A stretch of 62,070 nucleotides of DNA, filler included, from Nemertoderma westbladi (Eukaryota > Animalia > Xenacoelomorpha), in NCBI GenBank assembly GCA_032718475.1. It is 3 parts of 3 records of this genome, joined end to end, with 100 filler letters (N's around TTAATTAATTAA, not from the genome) between each part and the next. Parts side by side here need not be neighbours in the genome. Positions count along the whole stretch, not along the records: positions 1 to 31,307 come from JAUCBJ010004938.1; 2 more parts are not named here. One strand, given 5' to 3'. The notes below the pieces were generated by a model that was not told the DNA's origin, did not search any database, and saw only the letters and a list, made by a program, of their open reading frames with translations. Position 1 is the first letter of the stretch, and the number at the start of each line of letters is the position of its first letter. The translations under genes were made by a program, and so were the position numbers. This document shows positions 12,453-23,869 of the stretch, piece after piece.

Positions 12453-13592
12453 CTATTCAACTCCATAACTTCAACGTTTACGGTCAGTTAGTGAATTTTG
12501 CATTTGGGGAAGTAAAACCAAGTACTACTGTAATGTATGAAAAAACATGTTCAACATCTACAACGAGTATTTTCTTCAGAGAAAATATTGAAAAAAAATG
12601 TTCAACGTTTGTTTCCGATGTAATACGTAATTCTTAAATTGAAACTTTTTTAACTCCTGCCTGATGAGATGATGCCTTCATAATGTTCAATAATGTGCAA
12701 ACCTTTTCTACTCCGATGCTCTTTCAACATTAGAAATAAATTTTAGAAAATCCACAAAAAATATTTTTTATTAAATTGTTACTTTTTCGCCAAAAAAATA
12801 TACCCCAAAATCGGGAGAAAAAGTAACCCATAGCATTGATTTTATTTTTTTCCCGGCGAAAAAAGTAAATTAAAATATTTTTTGTTCAGTTCAACATTGT
12901 TTTCATATCTGATAAAAAAATGTTGCAGAACATATTTTTTTCGCGAAAATTGCCACGAATGCGACGTTTGCGCTGCCAATATATTACGTCAAATAATTTT
13001 GATGCATTTATGTCAACTTTTTAGCGTTCTGGTGATATCCTCGTAACGTAACGCAGCAAAGTACCGCTTTGCTGTATTGCGGCCTATAAGACGAAATGCT
13101 GCAAAGTTATCACTAACTTAGTAACAATAAACTTCTAGAATATTTATTAAGTTGAAGGCTAAGTGTAAGATTATTTATTTATTGATTATTTAATCTATTT
13201 ATAGTACATTTACTGCAATTAACTGAAGAAAAATGATATGAATATAATTAATATATATACCAAACGTTACAGTATTAAAGCTAATGATAAGCATTCAGAA
13301 CGCCGATAAGTTGACATAAATCGATAAATGTAACAAAATTACGTCCGCCATTGTGAGAAAAGTGTACTATTCAGCGGTTATGGCCCTCGTATATTTATGT
13401 AAACCTCGCTCGCTGCGCTCGCTCGGTACATAAATACACTACGATTACTGCACAGCTGCATAAATAACGCTAAAAGTGCAACTTTCCACCAAATGGTGTA
13501 AATACTATAGATATTTCTGACGTTTACGACATTCGCGGCTGCACCACATCCGTGGAAAAATGGACCTCAGAAGTTATGGATTTGATTGGGAC
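12453..13592 (-). other. 1140-bp GT-AG intron of GRHPR with inverted-repeat ends
   Basis: Splicing ACAG|GTCCCA...GAATAG|CCCTG gives DHIDLT-A-LRSRGI, colinear with GRHPR homologues. A CACTAAC branch-like motif lies about 35 nt upstream of the AG. Confidence 0.85.
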
Positions 13593-13953
13593 CTGTAAGA
13601 TCGATATGATCATAACCAACAGACATGGTACTAATAACCTTAAGATTCTTCGCATTGTCAGTCAACTCTTTGTCGATTTTATCTGAGAGGGTGCAGTAGA
13701 GTCCATGGACATCCTGGACAGCCTCTAGAAGACGTTCCCTGGGACACTGGGTAGGATAATCCCATTTATCGATAACAAAGTTAGCCTTTTGTAGATGTTC
13801 TAGCGCCTCCAAAGGAATCTGCCGTGAAACAAATACTTTTTGTGCCGAAGACGTCATGGTCCGATATCGGAGTCGGTTTATCACGTAACGTTTTTTCCAA
13901 GTACCTCTTACATGTTGAGTAACACGAGTTTGTATCAACGATGGTAAATTCAT
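13593..13953 (-). CDS. GRHPR: GRHPR exon 1 (alternative ATG at 13857)
   Basis: KVFVSRQIP...GLYCTLSDKIDKEL...NLKVISTMSVGYDHID matches the GRHPR N-terminus. Confidence 0.92.
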
Positions 13954-15263
13954 AACACTAGAATAATTTTATACGGAAAAATTGAAAATAATACTATACC
14001 GCATAAAAAATATTATAATAATATAATAATATACCAGTACATATTTATTTACAGCAAAGGTTAACTTAAAGGATGACTTAATTTGATATGGTGTGGTGAT
14101 ATACGAATCACATTTTAGATTTAACATAGCAGGACACTGGACACGTGAACAGCTGGATATTTTTAAACTTGATTGAATTGAAATTATATTGGCAGGCATC
14201 ATGGCACTTACGGCCGGTTTACATGAGGCAACTTTGTCTGCAACCAGTAACTTTTTTGAAGTAGGCCTAACTTCATTATTGTCCGCAGTTTAAACGTGCA
14301 ACTTTTTGAGCAACTTAGATAGTTAGTTTGACTGTAAAATAGCCTAGTGCCAGTGCCACTGGTCTCATAGGAAAAAGGGCCATTATTCAGTTATTCCTGT
14401 ATTATATTATACAGTATTATTGCACATGCACGCAGAGCCTCCCAAAAATTGTGTAACATTTCGCATTATCGTAATCGTTAATTCTATATTACAGTAAAAC
14501 TGCTGCAATTTGTGTAGAGAGAATATTAAACTTACTACGTACAATTTACAGTCAAATGTCTAAAAGAAAACGGCGGCAGACTGGCAGATGCCTGCATCTT
14601 CTTACTTCTACATATTCTGATGTCCACCACCGTCAACCTTTTCATGTCAATGGCTGCATGAGAGCATGGTGTACCGGTACTGCAAACTTTGTGTAACTCA
14701 AACTCAGTAGTCCTACCTTAGGCTACATAGTACTGCAGTACCGGTACCGTACAGCAGTACCGTACCTAACTCAAGGCGTACGCGTACTACACTACAACAG
14801 TCTGACAGTAGCAGTCTGGCAGTAATCTGTTAGTAATTATCTGTTAAAGTAATCGTTAAGCAAGGCATTCGCCTTGCTGAGGGCCTCGCTCATGTGCATC
14901 CGCGGCTCTAGGTCCGCCCTTAAACGCACAGCAGGCCTACACGACTTCGCACAAGCCTCCATCCCACATCCAGCCATCCGCTTGGCAAATGCTGATACCA
15001 GCATAAACTAATTTTGAAATTCCCGCACTCACTACATTTAACAATTTTTTAATTATAAGCTAAGCAACATGTACAGTTAGCAGTGTAGCCTTGGTGTGGT
15101 GGGTGAGGTTCTTTTTGTTATAACTTTTATGTGTCTTTTTATACCTTTGTCTAGTTTGTCATGAAAAAAGCACTAAGCAGCATCAAAAAAGTTAAAGTAA
15201 TCTTTTAGTAGGCGTGGACATAACTGCATAACCTTTGAAATTCCCATGTGTGGCTTTTATGAC

Positions 15264-15488
15264 CAAGGATGTTTTACGTTACATTACTTTACGTTACGCT
15301 ATTATAATACGTTACGTTACGTTTGAAAAACTGAATTTTTTACATTATGATATTACATGACGGAATTATTTCCAAATTACGTTACGTTACGGTATTCCGA
15401 AAAAAATAATTGCGTATTACCGAAAATACCGTAACGTAATAACGGTATTCCTGAAAAGATACCTTAACGTAACGTAATAACATCCTTG
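15264..15488. mobile_element. hAT-type MITE, 225 bp, 8-bp TSD
   Basis: TIRs CAAGGATGTT...AACATCCTTG, inverted TTACG/CGTAA subterminal repeats, TSD TTTATGAC at 15256-15263 and 15489-15496. Confidence 0.9.
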
Positions 15489-15811
15489 TTTATGACAAAC
15501 TTGAAACTCAATTAACCCCAGAGATATACACGGGCCGGGCCGGGCAGGGCTTGGACCGCATTCTAAATATTGGAAAGCCCGCTATTGTTGAATAATTATA
15601 TTATCCAGTTAACAAAACATAATAATATTAAAATTTTTGATACACTTTTTTTTCCACAAAATAAAATTAAATATCTAGATTTAGTTTCCTGTAACTAGGT
15701 TTGTTTCATGATTTATTTTTGTCTTTGTTTAACTTTGTATTGTACCTTTTGCTTTTTTACAGACCCACATACATATGGCTCAAACTCACAAAAAGTGGCC
15801 AAAAAAGTGGC

Positions 15812-17069
15812 CCTTGTGGGAACTCCGCCCGACCGTGGGGAACTTGTGGGACCCCCGTCCAACCGTGGCGAACTTGAACTTGTGGGACCCCCGCCCAACC
15901 GTGGGGAACTTGTGGGACCCCCGCCCGACCGTAGGGAACTTGTGGGACCCCCGCCCGACCTTGGGAAACTTGTGGGACCCCCGCCCAACCGTGGGGAACT
16001 TGTGGGACCCCCGCCCGACCTTGGGAAACCTGTGGGACCCCCGCCCGACCGTGGGGAACTTGTGGGACCCCCACCCGACCGTGGGAAACTTGTGGGACCC
16101 CCGTCCGACCGTGGCGAACTTGTGGGACCCCCACCCGACCGTGGGGAACTTGTGGGACATCCGCCCGACCGTGGGGAACTTGTGGGACCCCCGTCCGACC
16201 GTGGGGAACTTGTGGGACCCCCGCCCGACCGTGGGGAACTTGTGGGGCCCCCGCCCGACCGTGGGAAACTTGTGGGGGGCCCCCGCCCGACCGTGAGGAA
16301 CTAGTGGGACCCCGCCCGACTGTGGGGAACTTGTAGGACCCCCGCCCGACCGTGGCGAACTTGTGGGACCCCCGCCAGACTGTGAGGGACTTGTGGGACC
16401 CCCGCCCGACCGTGGGTAACTTATGGGACCCCCGCCCGACCGTGGGGAACTTGTGGGACCCCCGCCCGACATTGGGAAACTAGTGGGACCCCCGCCCAAC
16501 CGTGGGGAACTTGTGGGACCCCCGCCCGACCGTAGGGAACTTGTGGGACCCCCGCCCGACCTTGGGAAACTTGTGGGACCCCCACCCAACCGTGGGGAAC
16601 TTGTGGGACCCCCGCCCGACCTTGGGAAACCTGTGGGACCCCCGCCCGACCGTGGGGAACTTGTGGGACCCCCACCCGACCGTGGGAAACTTGTGGGACC
16701 CCCGTCCGACCGTGGCGAACTTGTAGGACCCCCGCCCGACCGTGAGGGACTTGTGGGACCCCCGCCCGACCGTGAGGGACTTGTGGGACCCCTCCCCCCC
16801 CCCGACCTTGGGAAACTAGTGGGACCCGCGTCCGATCGTGGGGAACTTGTGGGACCCCCGCCCGACCGTGGGGAACTTGTGAGGTCCCCGCCCGACCGTG
16901 GGAAACTTGTGGGGCCCCCGCCCGACCGTGGGAAACTTGTGGGGGGCCCCCGCCCGACCGTGAGGAACTAGTGGGACCCCGCCCGACCGTGGCGAACTTG
17001 TAGGACCCCCGCCCGACCGTGAGGGACTTGTGGGACCCCCGCCCGACATTGGGAAACTAGTGGGACCCC
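15812..17069. repeat. 30-bp GC-rich satellite (CCCCCGCCCGACCGTGGGGAACTTGTGGGA), left part
   Basis: Directly visible; 10-aa periodic ORFs in all frames. Confidence 0.95.
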
Positions 17070-17312
17070 TGTTTTGGATTCACTCATTCAATTGCGGACA
17101 ATATAATATGAAATAATAATATGCCGATATGACATTACTGCATTATGTATTCCAGTATTCTTGATACTCATTTTGTCTGACAATATCAGTTCTAACTATA
17201 AAAAAGACACTACTGACTGGTCCGTCTAACACTACTGTACTACCGGTAACACATACTGACTAACACTACTGCTTACAATAATTGGGACTTAGGTCATATA
17301 AATGTCAAGACA
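17070..17312 (-). repeat. 3' LTR of BEL element 1
   Basis: Direct repeat of 23627-23869 with three substitutions found by eye. PPT GAAGGCGGAG is adjacent at 17313-17322. Confidence 0.95.
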
Positions 17313-17335
17313 CTCCGCCTTCAAAAAAAAGTTTT

Positions 17336-19360
17336 TCAATATATATATTCATCATATTCTAAAGGATATAGCAGTTTCAATGGCCTTGTTATAATCCTTT
17401 TTGAAGGGAGAGTTAGTTTGACAGATCGTATCAGCCCGTCATGACTCTGGATAAGTTGAGTTACTTTACCTAACTTCCACAATCCCCTTGGTAGGTTTTT
17501 CTCCTTTATTATTACAATGGATCCTATTTTTACTTCAGTATCTACAGCATGATTCTGTTTAATGTGTCTTTGATATCGTTCTCTTAGGCTGGTAAGATAT
17601 TCATCATTGAATATTGTCCAGCATTGATTTAAATATATCATTCCTTTCTTCCAATACTCTAGTAGGTCTATGGCTTTGGATTTCTTTGTTCCCGGCGTGT
17701 AATCTTTATCCTTCTCATTTTCAATTTCGATATAAGGAATCCCAGGTTTAGTGTTGATAGTTAGAAAATCATTGGGAGTTAGGACGTATCTATCTTCCAG
17801 ATCCGCACCAACGTAAGTTAAGGGTCGTGTATTGACCACAGCTTCTACCTCTGTCATAACAGTATACAATTGTAGATAGTTAAGACGCAATTTTCCTAGA
17901 GTTTTTCGCAGTGTACGTTTTATTATACCAACCATTCTCTCATAGAATCCACCCATCCATGGTGATAGTTCTGGTATATATTTAATGTTTATTCCTTTAG
18001 TGGAAATGTATGATAATACATCTTCATCATTTGTGACCTTCTTCCATAAGTTATTCATGACAGTGTCTGTGAGTTTGAACTGACCAGCATTGTCACAAAT
18101 TATATTAGTAGGAGTTCCTCTCCTAGAGACAAATCGTCGTAAACACATTAAGAATTCTTCAGATGATTGATTAGCAGCTAGTTCGAGATGAATTGATCTC
18201 ACTACTAAACAAGTGAAAATACATACCCATGTTTTTACATTTTCCTTTGAAGGAAGTTGTATGTATAATGGTCCTAGGTAATCTAATCCAATGTGTTGGA
18301 AAGCAATAGCTTCAGTAGTTCTTAGTAAGGGCAAAGGAGGCATAATTGGTAATTTGTAAGGTCCTCCTTCCCATTTTCGGCAGGTCTTGCATATGAGCAG
18401 AACTGACCGCACGGCTCTTCTTCCCTGTGGTATCCAGTACTCTTTGCGCAGGGTTGATAATGTGTGGTTAATCCACGCATGTAGTCTACTTACATGAATG
18501 TGTTCTATTATTAGTGTAGTTAATGGAGATGACTTTGGAAGAAGTTTGGGAAATTTGCAATAATCATCATTACTGATGTTTTCCAATCTTCCATAGCATC
18601 TGATTAGGCCATCGTTGTCTATCTTTAATCCAAGTTGATTAATAAGGTTGTTTCTTTTCCCATTGATGATATCATGTATTATGTCTTTGAAGTGGTTCGA
18701 TTGTATGTATTTCTCCCAAATTAATTTCGCATCATTGATTTCTGTAGTCGTTAGGCATCCATTCAGTTTCGTCTTTCTGTGACAGTTTATACTAAATCTC
18801 TGAATCCATGCAGAAATACGTAGGATTCTGATCCACTTTGAATATTTATTTATGTCTAGTCCAAATGGTGTAGTCTTCATTTCATAAGATTTCTTGGTTA
18901 TAATTGGAAGAGAAGCTTCGAATAGTATTTTGGAGGACATGCAACCATGTATTGCATCAATTGTTTTTTTTGTTATTTCTTCAACTCCCCAATTGGGCCA
19001 TAATGATATATCACTTATGATCCATTTTGGTCCATTCCACCATAATGTGCTATTGTAGAGCTGTTTGGTTGTATATTGGCACCTAGTTGCAATATCAGCA
19101 GGATTATCTTGCGTGTTCACATATCTAAAGTTGATGTTACTTGTATTTCTTATTTCTTTCAACCTATTTTCAATAAACACAGTCATTCTTTTATCACTTT
19201 TGAGCCAGGCTAAAACACATTGTGAATCGCTAAACAGTGTCTTTGTTTCCATTTTCAGCTTTAGTTGTTCTTCAGCGAATTTAATACATCGGATGCCAAT
19301 TACCATTGCCATTAGTTCTAAGCGAGGAATACTTGGCTTTTTTCGTTGATTATCCTTCAA
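17336..19360 (-). CDS. BEL1 pol: RNase H end and integrase
   Basis: IPRLELMA, DSQCVLAW, NPADIATR, H..H...C..C zinc finger, GLDYLGP, CDNAGQF, WMGGFYERMV and WKLGKV C-terminal motif. Confidence 0.93.
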   Translation of the reverse strand: MKDNQRKKPSIPRLELMAMVIGIRCIKFAEEQLKLKMETKTLFSDSQCVLAWLKSDKRMTVFIENRLKEIRNTSNINFRYVNTQDNPADIATRCQYTTKQLYNSTLWWNGPKWIISDISLWPNWGVEEITKKTIDAIHGCMSSKILFEASLPIITKKSYEMKTTPFGLDINKYSKWIRILRISAWIQRFSINCHRKTKLNGCLTTTEINDAKLIWEKYIQSNHFKDIIHDIINGKRNNLINQLGLKIDNDGLIRCYGRLENISNDDYCKFPKLLPKSSPLTTLIIEHIHVSRLHAWINHTLSTLRKEYWIPQGRRAVRSVLLICKTCRKWEGGPYKLPIMPPLPLLRTTEAIAFQHIGLDYLGPLYIQLPSKENVKTWVCIFTCLVVRSIHLELAANQSSEEFLMCLRRFVSRRGTPTNIICDNAGQFKLTDTVMNNLWKKVTNDEDVLSYISTKGINIKYIPELSPWMGGFYERMVGIIKRTLRKTLGKLRLNYLQLYTVMTEVEAVVNTRPLTYVGADLEDRYVLTPNDFLTINTKPGIPYIEIENEKDKDYTPGTKKSKAIDLLEYWKKGMIYLNQCWTIFNDEYLTSLRERYQRHIKQNHAVDTEVKIGSIVIIKEKNLPRGLWKLGKVTQLIQSHDGLIRSVKLTLPSKRIITRPLKLLYPLEYDEYIY

Positions 19361-19380
19361 ACTCTGTTTTGATATTGGGG

Positions 19381-21960
19381 CTAATCTATTTTTGCAAATA
19401 ATAACATTGATTTATATCTAGATTCAAGTGATATCCGTAAATATATTGCTGCTGCGTATGCTGTTTCCGAAGCATCGCAAAAACACAATAAATCAAGTTC
19501 ATAATCCCCCAAGTTTCTCTGTATCTCTCCTTCAAATATATGTCGTGGGATTTGGCATTCACTAATTTTCAATAGTTCGTTGGCAATACTTGGCCACCTA
19601 TTGATTATATTGTCATTGAGTTTCAAATTCCAATCTAGTTTTTCTCCCTTTTGTCTATCTTTCCACACTTCTTGGTATAATACCTTTGCTTGCAATGTGA
19701 TAGGAATGAAATATCCTAACGGATCAAATATCTTTCCTAGGTTCTGCAATATGTCACGAATATTTCTTACCTTAGTTTTAATGTTTGATTCTGCAATATG
19801 TATTTTATCGGCTTCAATATTCCATCCAATTCCAAGTACTTTGGTTACACGTGATTTCATTAGATCAGCAGAATTCATTTTATCAAGTAATTCATTAGAA
19901 TTTGATGACCATTCACGTAGATTCATAGAGGCTCCTTTAAAAATCTCTTTAGACTCAATATATAATTGTTTACCTTCATCTACATCATTCACTGAAGCTA
20001 TTAAATTATCCACATATAAGTTATCCTGAATAACTTGGGCTACAGGCGTATTGGTATTCTCTAAATGGTGTGCGATAACAGCACCAAGCAGATACTGGCA
20101 CGAAATGATTCCAAATGGTATTCGACAAAATCGCATTGTCACAATATTGTTTTTCAATGGTTGCTTTATATCATTTGGGTCTTTATACCAGAAGAAGCGA
20201 GTTACATCTTTATCTGTTTCTTGAATTCCTACTTGTAGATAAGCCTTTTCAATATCTGATATAATAGCTATAGATCTAAGACGAAATCGAATTAGCACCC
20301 CTGTCAAGTCTCTCATCAATGATGGTCCACGATACAAACACTCATTTAGGCATTTGCAATCTTTGTTTTTCTTTGCGCTAGCATTATATACTATACGTAC
20401 CTTTGTTGTTGTTTTAGAGGGTTTAATTACAGGATGATGAGGAATATAATGTTTGATTGGTTTATGTTTGTCATTCTCATCCTCATCACTTACTGTTTCG
20501 ATTATACCATTATCCAGTTGATTGTTTATTATTGCTGAATACTTATCATGTAAATCATTGTTCTCGATTAATCTTTGATGTAAAGATTTAAATCTATTGA
20601 AGGCTAAGTCACGATTTTCATTTGGATATTCATTATTGGGTTTCCATGGCCAACTAACGAAATATCTGTTATTTTCATATTTAACATTTTCTTTAAAATT
20701 TATAATCGCTTGATCATCATCATCATTTATAGTTGGGTCTTCTATTCCAATTATTTCCGTCTTCCAGTAACTTTCGCTATTGTTTATTACATTGGGTTCA
20801 TATTGTTGATCCATATTGTCAAATATCAACATAGATGTCTCATTAAATGACTTATCTTCATTATCAGTATATCTCCCACTGATAACCCAACCAAATGTGG
20901 ACTTTATCAAGCTTGGGCCTTCAGGCAGATTTATTTTCTCACCTGAAATGAAATCTCCATAATAGTCTAATCCAATGAGGAAGTTGATGTTTGTAATCTC
21001 ATTTTCACCTGGAATTGTGTCCGCTAACGGTAAATCTTTCCATATTTCTTCAGATTTACCAAGATCAATTGACGATCTTTCAATTGGCCCAGTTATAATA
21101 TTGACGACATGAACTGTTATTTGTTGGGAATTTCCATTCATATCATATAGATTGATATCTGCTAATTTAAATGGTATCCTGATTGGTTCCTTTCTACCAA
21201 ATGTGTTGGCAACAATTTCGCCTGGATCTCTTTCTACTAAATTCAATTCTTTTGAAAATGAATGAGTAACATAAGTCCGCTTGCTTCCTGTGTCAAAGAA
21301 AACTCGTGTTGTAATTGGTTTCATTTTTGTATGTCCAGGTTTCTGAACATCTATTAAGGCAGTTTGCATTATGACTGACTCGTTAATTGACATTACTGGC
21401 AAACAATTGCTGGGATATCCATTGTTATCTTGCGATTCATTTAACTCCAATCTTTCTTTTGTTGCAACATTTTCAACAAATAAATTTGGACTACCCGCAC
21501 TTTGATTTGAATGTTTTTTATAACATAAGCTTCTATGATGGTTTTTTGTTCTTCCACAGTGAGTACAAGTATAATTATATGTGCAATATCTAGTAGAATG
21601 ACTCTCCTTTAAACAAATGTTACATTTGTTGCTCAAATGCAATTGTTTTTTTCGGGATGCGACATCGGGATATTTGTGGCATTCATCATTCCAATGATTT
21701 CCTGAGCAATACACACATGATCTATTTTCACCAAAGGATCGTTTACCAGCAACTGTTAATGCATGGCTAGTGGGTTTGTATTGCTTATAGTTATTTGGTC
21801 CTGACCAACCTTTATTGGTATTTTTATTATACGATGTTTCATGGTTATTCTTATTATGAATATCTCCGGAAGTCCTTTCAGTTAATGAATCGCGTCTTTC
21901 AGCTGCTTCTCGAGAAGCAATGTATCGCTTGAGGTTATTGCGTAAGGTATTGCTTCCCAT
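19381..21960 (-). CDS. BEL1 gag zinc knuckles, protease, RT and RNase H start
   Basis: Three Cys/His knuckles, FFDTGSKRTY protease motif, YIPHHPVIK, SDIEKAYLQV, YVDN and FCDASETAYAA. Confidence 0.93.
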   Translation of the reverse strand: MGSNTLRNNLKRYIASREAAERRDSLTERTSGDIHNKNNHETSYNKNTNKGWSGPNNYKQYKPTSHALTVAGKRSFGENRSCVYCSGNHWNDECHKYPDVASRKKQLHLSNKCNICLKESHSTRYCTYNYTCTHCGRTKNHHRSLCYKKHSNQSAGSPNLFVENVATKERLELNESQDNNGYPSNCLPVMSINESVIMQTALIDVQKPGHTKMKPITTRVFFDTGSKRTYVTHSFSKELNLVERDPGEIVANTFGRKEPIRIPFKLADINLYDMNGNSQQITVHVVNIITGPIERSSIDLGKSEEIWKDLPLADTIPGENEITNINFLIGLDYYGDFISGEKINLPEGPSLIKSTFGWVISGRYTDNEDKSFNETSMLIFDNMDQQYEPNVINNSESYWKTEIIGIEDPTINDDDDQAIINFKENVKYENNRYFVSWPWKPNNEYPNENRDLAFNRFKSLHQRLIENNDLHDKYSAIINNQLDNGIIETVSDEDENDKHKPIKHYIPHHPVIKPSKTTTKVRIVYNASAKKNKDCKCLNECLYRGPSLMRDLTGVLIRFRLRSIAIISDIEKAYLQVGIQETDKDVTRFFWYKDPNDIKQPLKNNIVTMRFCRIPFGIISCQYLLGAVIAHHLENTNTPVAQVIQDNLYVDNLIASVNDVDEGKQLYIESKEIFKGASMNLREWSSNSNELLDKMNSADLMKSRVTKVLGIGWNIEADKIHIAESNIKTKVRNIRDILQNLGKIFDPLGYFIPITLQAKVLYQEVWKDRQKGEKLDWNLKLNDNIINRWPSIANELLKISECQIPRHIFEGEIQRNLGDYELDLLCFCDASETAYAAAIYLRISLESRYKSMLLFAKID

Positions 21961-22866
21961 TTTTCACTTGGATCTTTAAAGTACTCTAATTGTACTTTTA
22001 CTTCCATTGGTAATTTCGAATAAATCATTGATACAAAAATTGGTTGAGAGATGTTTTCACCTAACCCTTCTAGGCTTCTAAGATTCTTTTCTATTGAATC
22101 ATATGTGAGACGCAATCTACTTGTTTCATTCCTAGAAACAGCCAAATTCATTAATTCAGTATATATGGCATCAATTAAGGTTTGCGTTTCCCCAAATCTT
22201 TCTTTTAACAGTTCTACAGCTACATTATAATTTTCATTAGTCAATTGCAATCCTGAAATTGCCCTTTTGGCTTCACCGTCTAACTTTGTACGCAAGTAAT
22301 TAAATTTCTCAACCGGTTTCAACTCATTTTTACTATCAATAGCTGCTTCAAATGAATCCCAAAATTCACCCCATTTTAATACATTTCCTGAAAAACGTTC
22401 TATAACCAATTTTGGCAGATTAACCTTTACTCTGCTTCCGGCATAGTGAATTGCACGTTGCAAGTTCATTAACTTGCACATTACTCATATTCATTGTTGC
22501 CTCTTCAAGGTTCGCTTGTAGGCCTGTTTGTGCTTTGACTTCATTTTGGTATTCATTGATACATTGTATTCTCACAATTAGACGAGATGAAGAATTCATT
22601 ATTTGATCATTAAATAGTGATACTGTACTAATTTCATTATTCACGGCATCCCCATCATCGTCAGGCAATAAATTTAAAATTTGTTCATTAAGGGTATCTA
22701 AATCTTGACCATATAATTTAAGTTTATTTTTAGTTATTTCAGCATCTTCTAAATTTATTTCATTTCCATCACTCATTAATTCATCAACTATTTTAAATAA
22801 CTTCTTTATATTGGTCCTTACAGCTTCTCTCTTCAACCGCAATTTATTTGTCCCGGTTCCAGGCAT
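21882..22866 (-). CDS. BEL1 gag N-terminus (two overlapping frames)
   Basis: VNLPKLVIERFSGNVLKWGEFWDSF...EKFNYLR capsid-like motif, preceded by a coiled-coil ORF at 22420-22866. Confidence 0.88.
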
Positions 22867-23609
22867 TTCTGCAGGCCTGTTTGATTATTATTTAACAAAT
22901 TTCAGCATTGACTTCAGGCATTACTAATGGCCTGTTATTATTCTGTTTGATAATTATATTATTATTTAACATTGGTCTGTTGGTGTAGGACTATTAGGTA
23001 TACACTCATTGTACAGTTGTAGTACTGGTATCCAACATTATAAAGAGGATATATACAATATACATATATGGGCAGTCCAAGTTAATGCATCTTTGACTGC
23101 TTTAATTCAATCAAACAATGATGGCTGTTTTCCCAAGCACCGGTAGGCAGTAGGCCTATTACAGTATTATTACGAATGGTTAAGTATTAATTATGCACTC
23201 ACCAAATCATCAAATTCTACCTGTCAGCCGATAGCTGTGGACAATCTTTACGTCTGTATGGCATTCCAGATCCTTATATCTGTTACTGTTTGTATGTGGC
23301 GTGGCTCGTTCCTTTTATATTCCAGGATTCGCCAAGTTTAATTGATCCCGATTCAGTATAGGGAATACGTAGCACATATAGCAGTATAGGTAGGCCTGTA
23401 TGCTGTAGCTGTAGGGCCTTAATTAAGTAGGCTGGGCTGTAGGCCTAGCTATTTTATTGTTGATCCCTTTCATTAGCATCAGTACCGGTATCGGTGGAAG
23501 GTTATTCATTTAGTCTAAGCTGTTATCAGATTATACCGTACCGGTACAGCGGTATCGGTAGGCCTATTGGAAATCAGTGTTTTCAGTTTGTTGACGCTCG
23601 AACAGCGTA

Positions 23610-23626
23610 ACCACGCTCTGCTACCA
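23610..23626 (-). promoter_or_regulatory. Primer-binding site complementary to the initiator tRNA-Met 3' end
   Basis: Minus strand TGGTAGCAGAGCGTGGT immediately follows the 5' LTR. Confidence 0.85.
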
Positions 23627-23869
23627 TGTTTTGGATTCACTCATTCAATTGCGGACAATATAATATGAAATAATAATATGCCGATATGACATTACTGCAT
23701 TATGTATTCCAGTATTCTTGATACTCATTTTGTCTGACAATTTCAGTTCTAACTATAAAAAAGACACTAGTGACTGGTCCGTCTAACACTACTGCACTAC
23801 CGGTAACACATACTGACTAACACTACTGCTTACAATAATTGGGACTTAGGTCATATAAATGTCAAGACA
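23627..23869 (-). repeat. 5' LTR of BEL element 1
   Basis: See 3' LTR. Confidence 0.95.

Larger units (their letters stand above)
17070..23869 (-). mobile_element. BEL/Pao LTR retrotransposon 1, full length and young
   Basis: 243-bp TG...CA LTRs, 5-bp TSD ACCCC (17065-17069 and 23870-23874), PBS, PPT, and gag-PR-RT-RH-IN order. Confidence 0.97.

Noticed and set aside
11837-12491. Plus-strand ORFs over GRHPR
   Set aside because: Antisense shadows of a GC-rich exon.
14870-15010. GC-richer patch, possible LINE 3' remnant
   Set aside because: Too short and degenerate to support a call.
15708-17049. Collagen-like or proline-rich proteins
   Set aside because: Frames open on both strands of a stop-poor 30-bp satellite; no Gly-X-Y periodicity.
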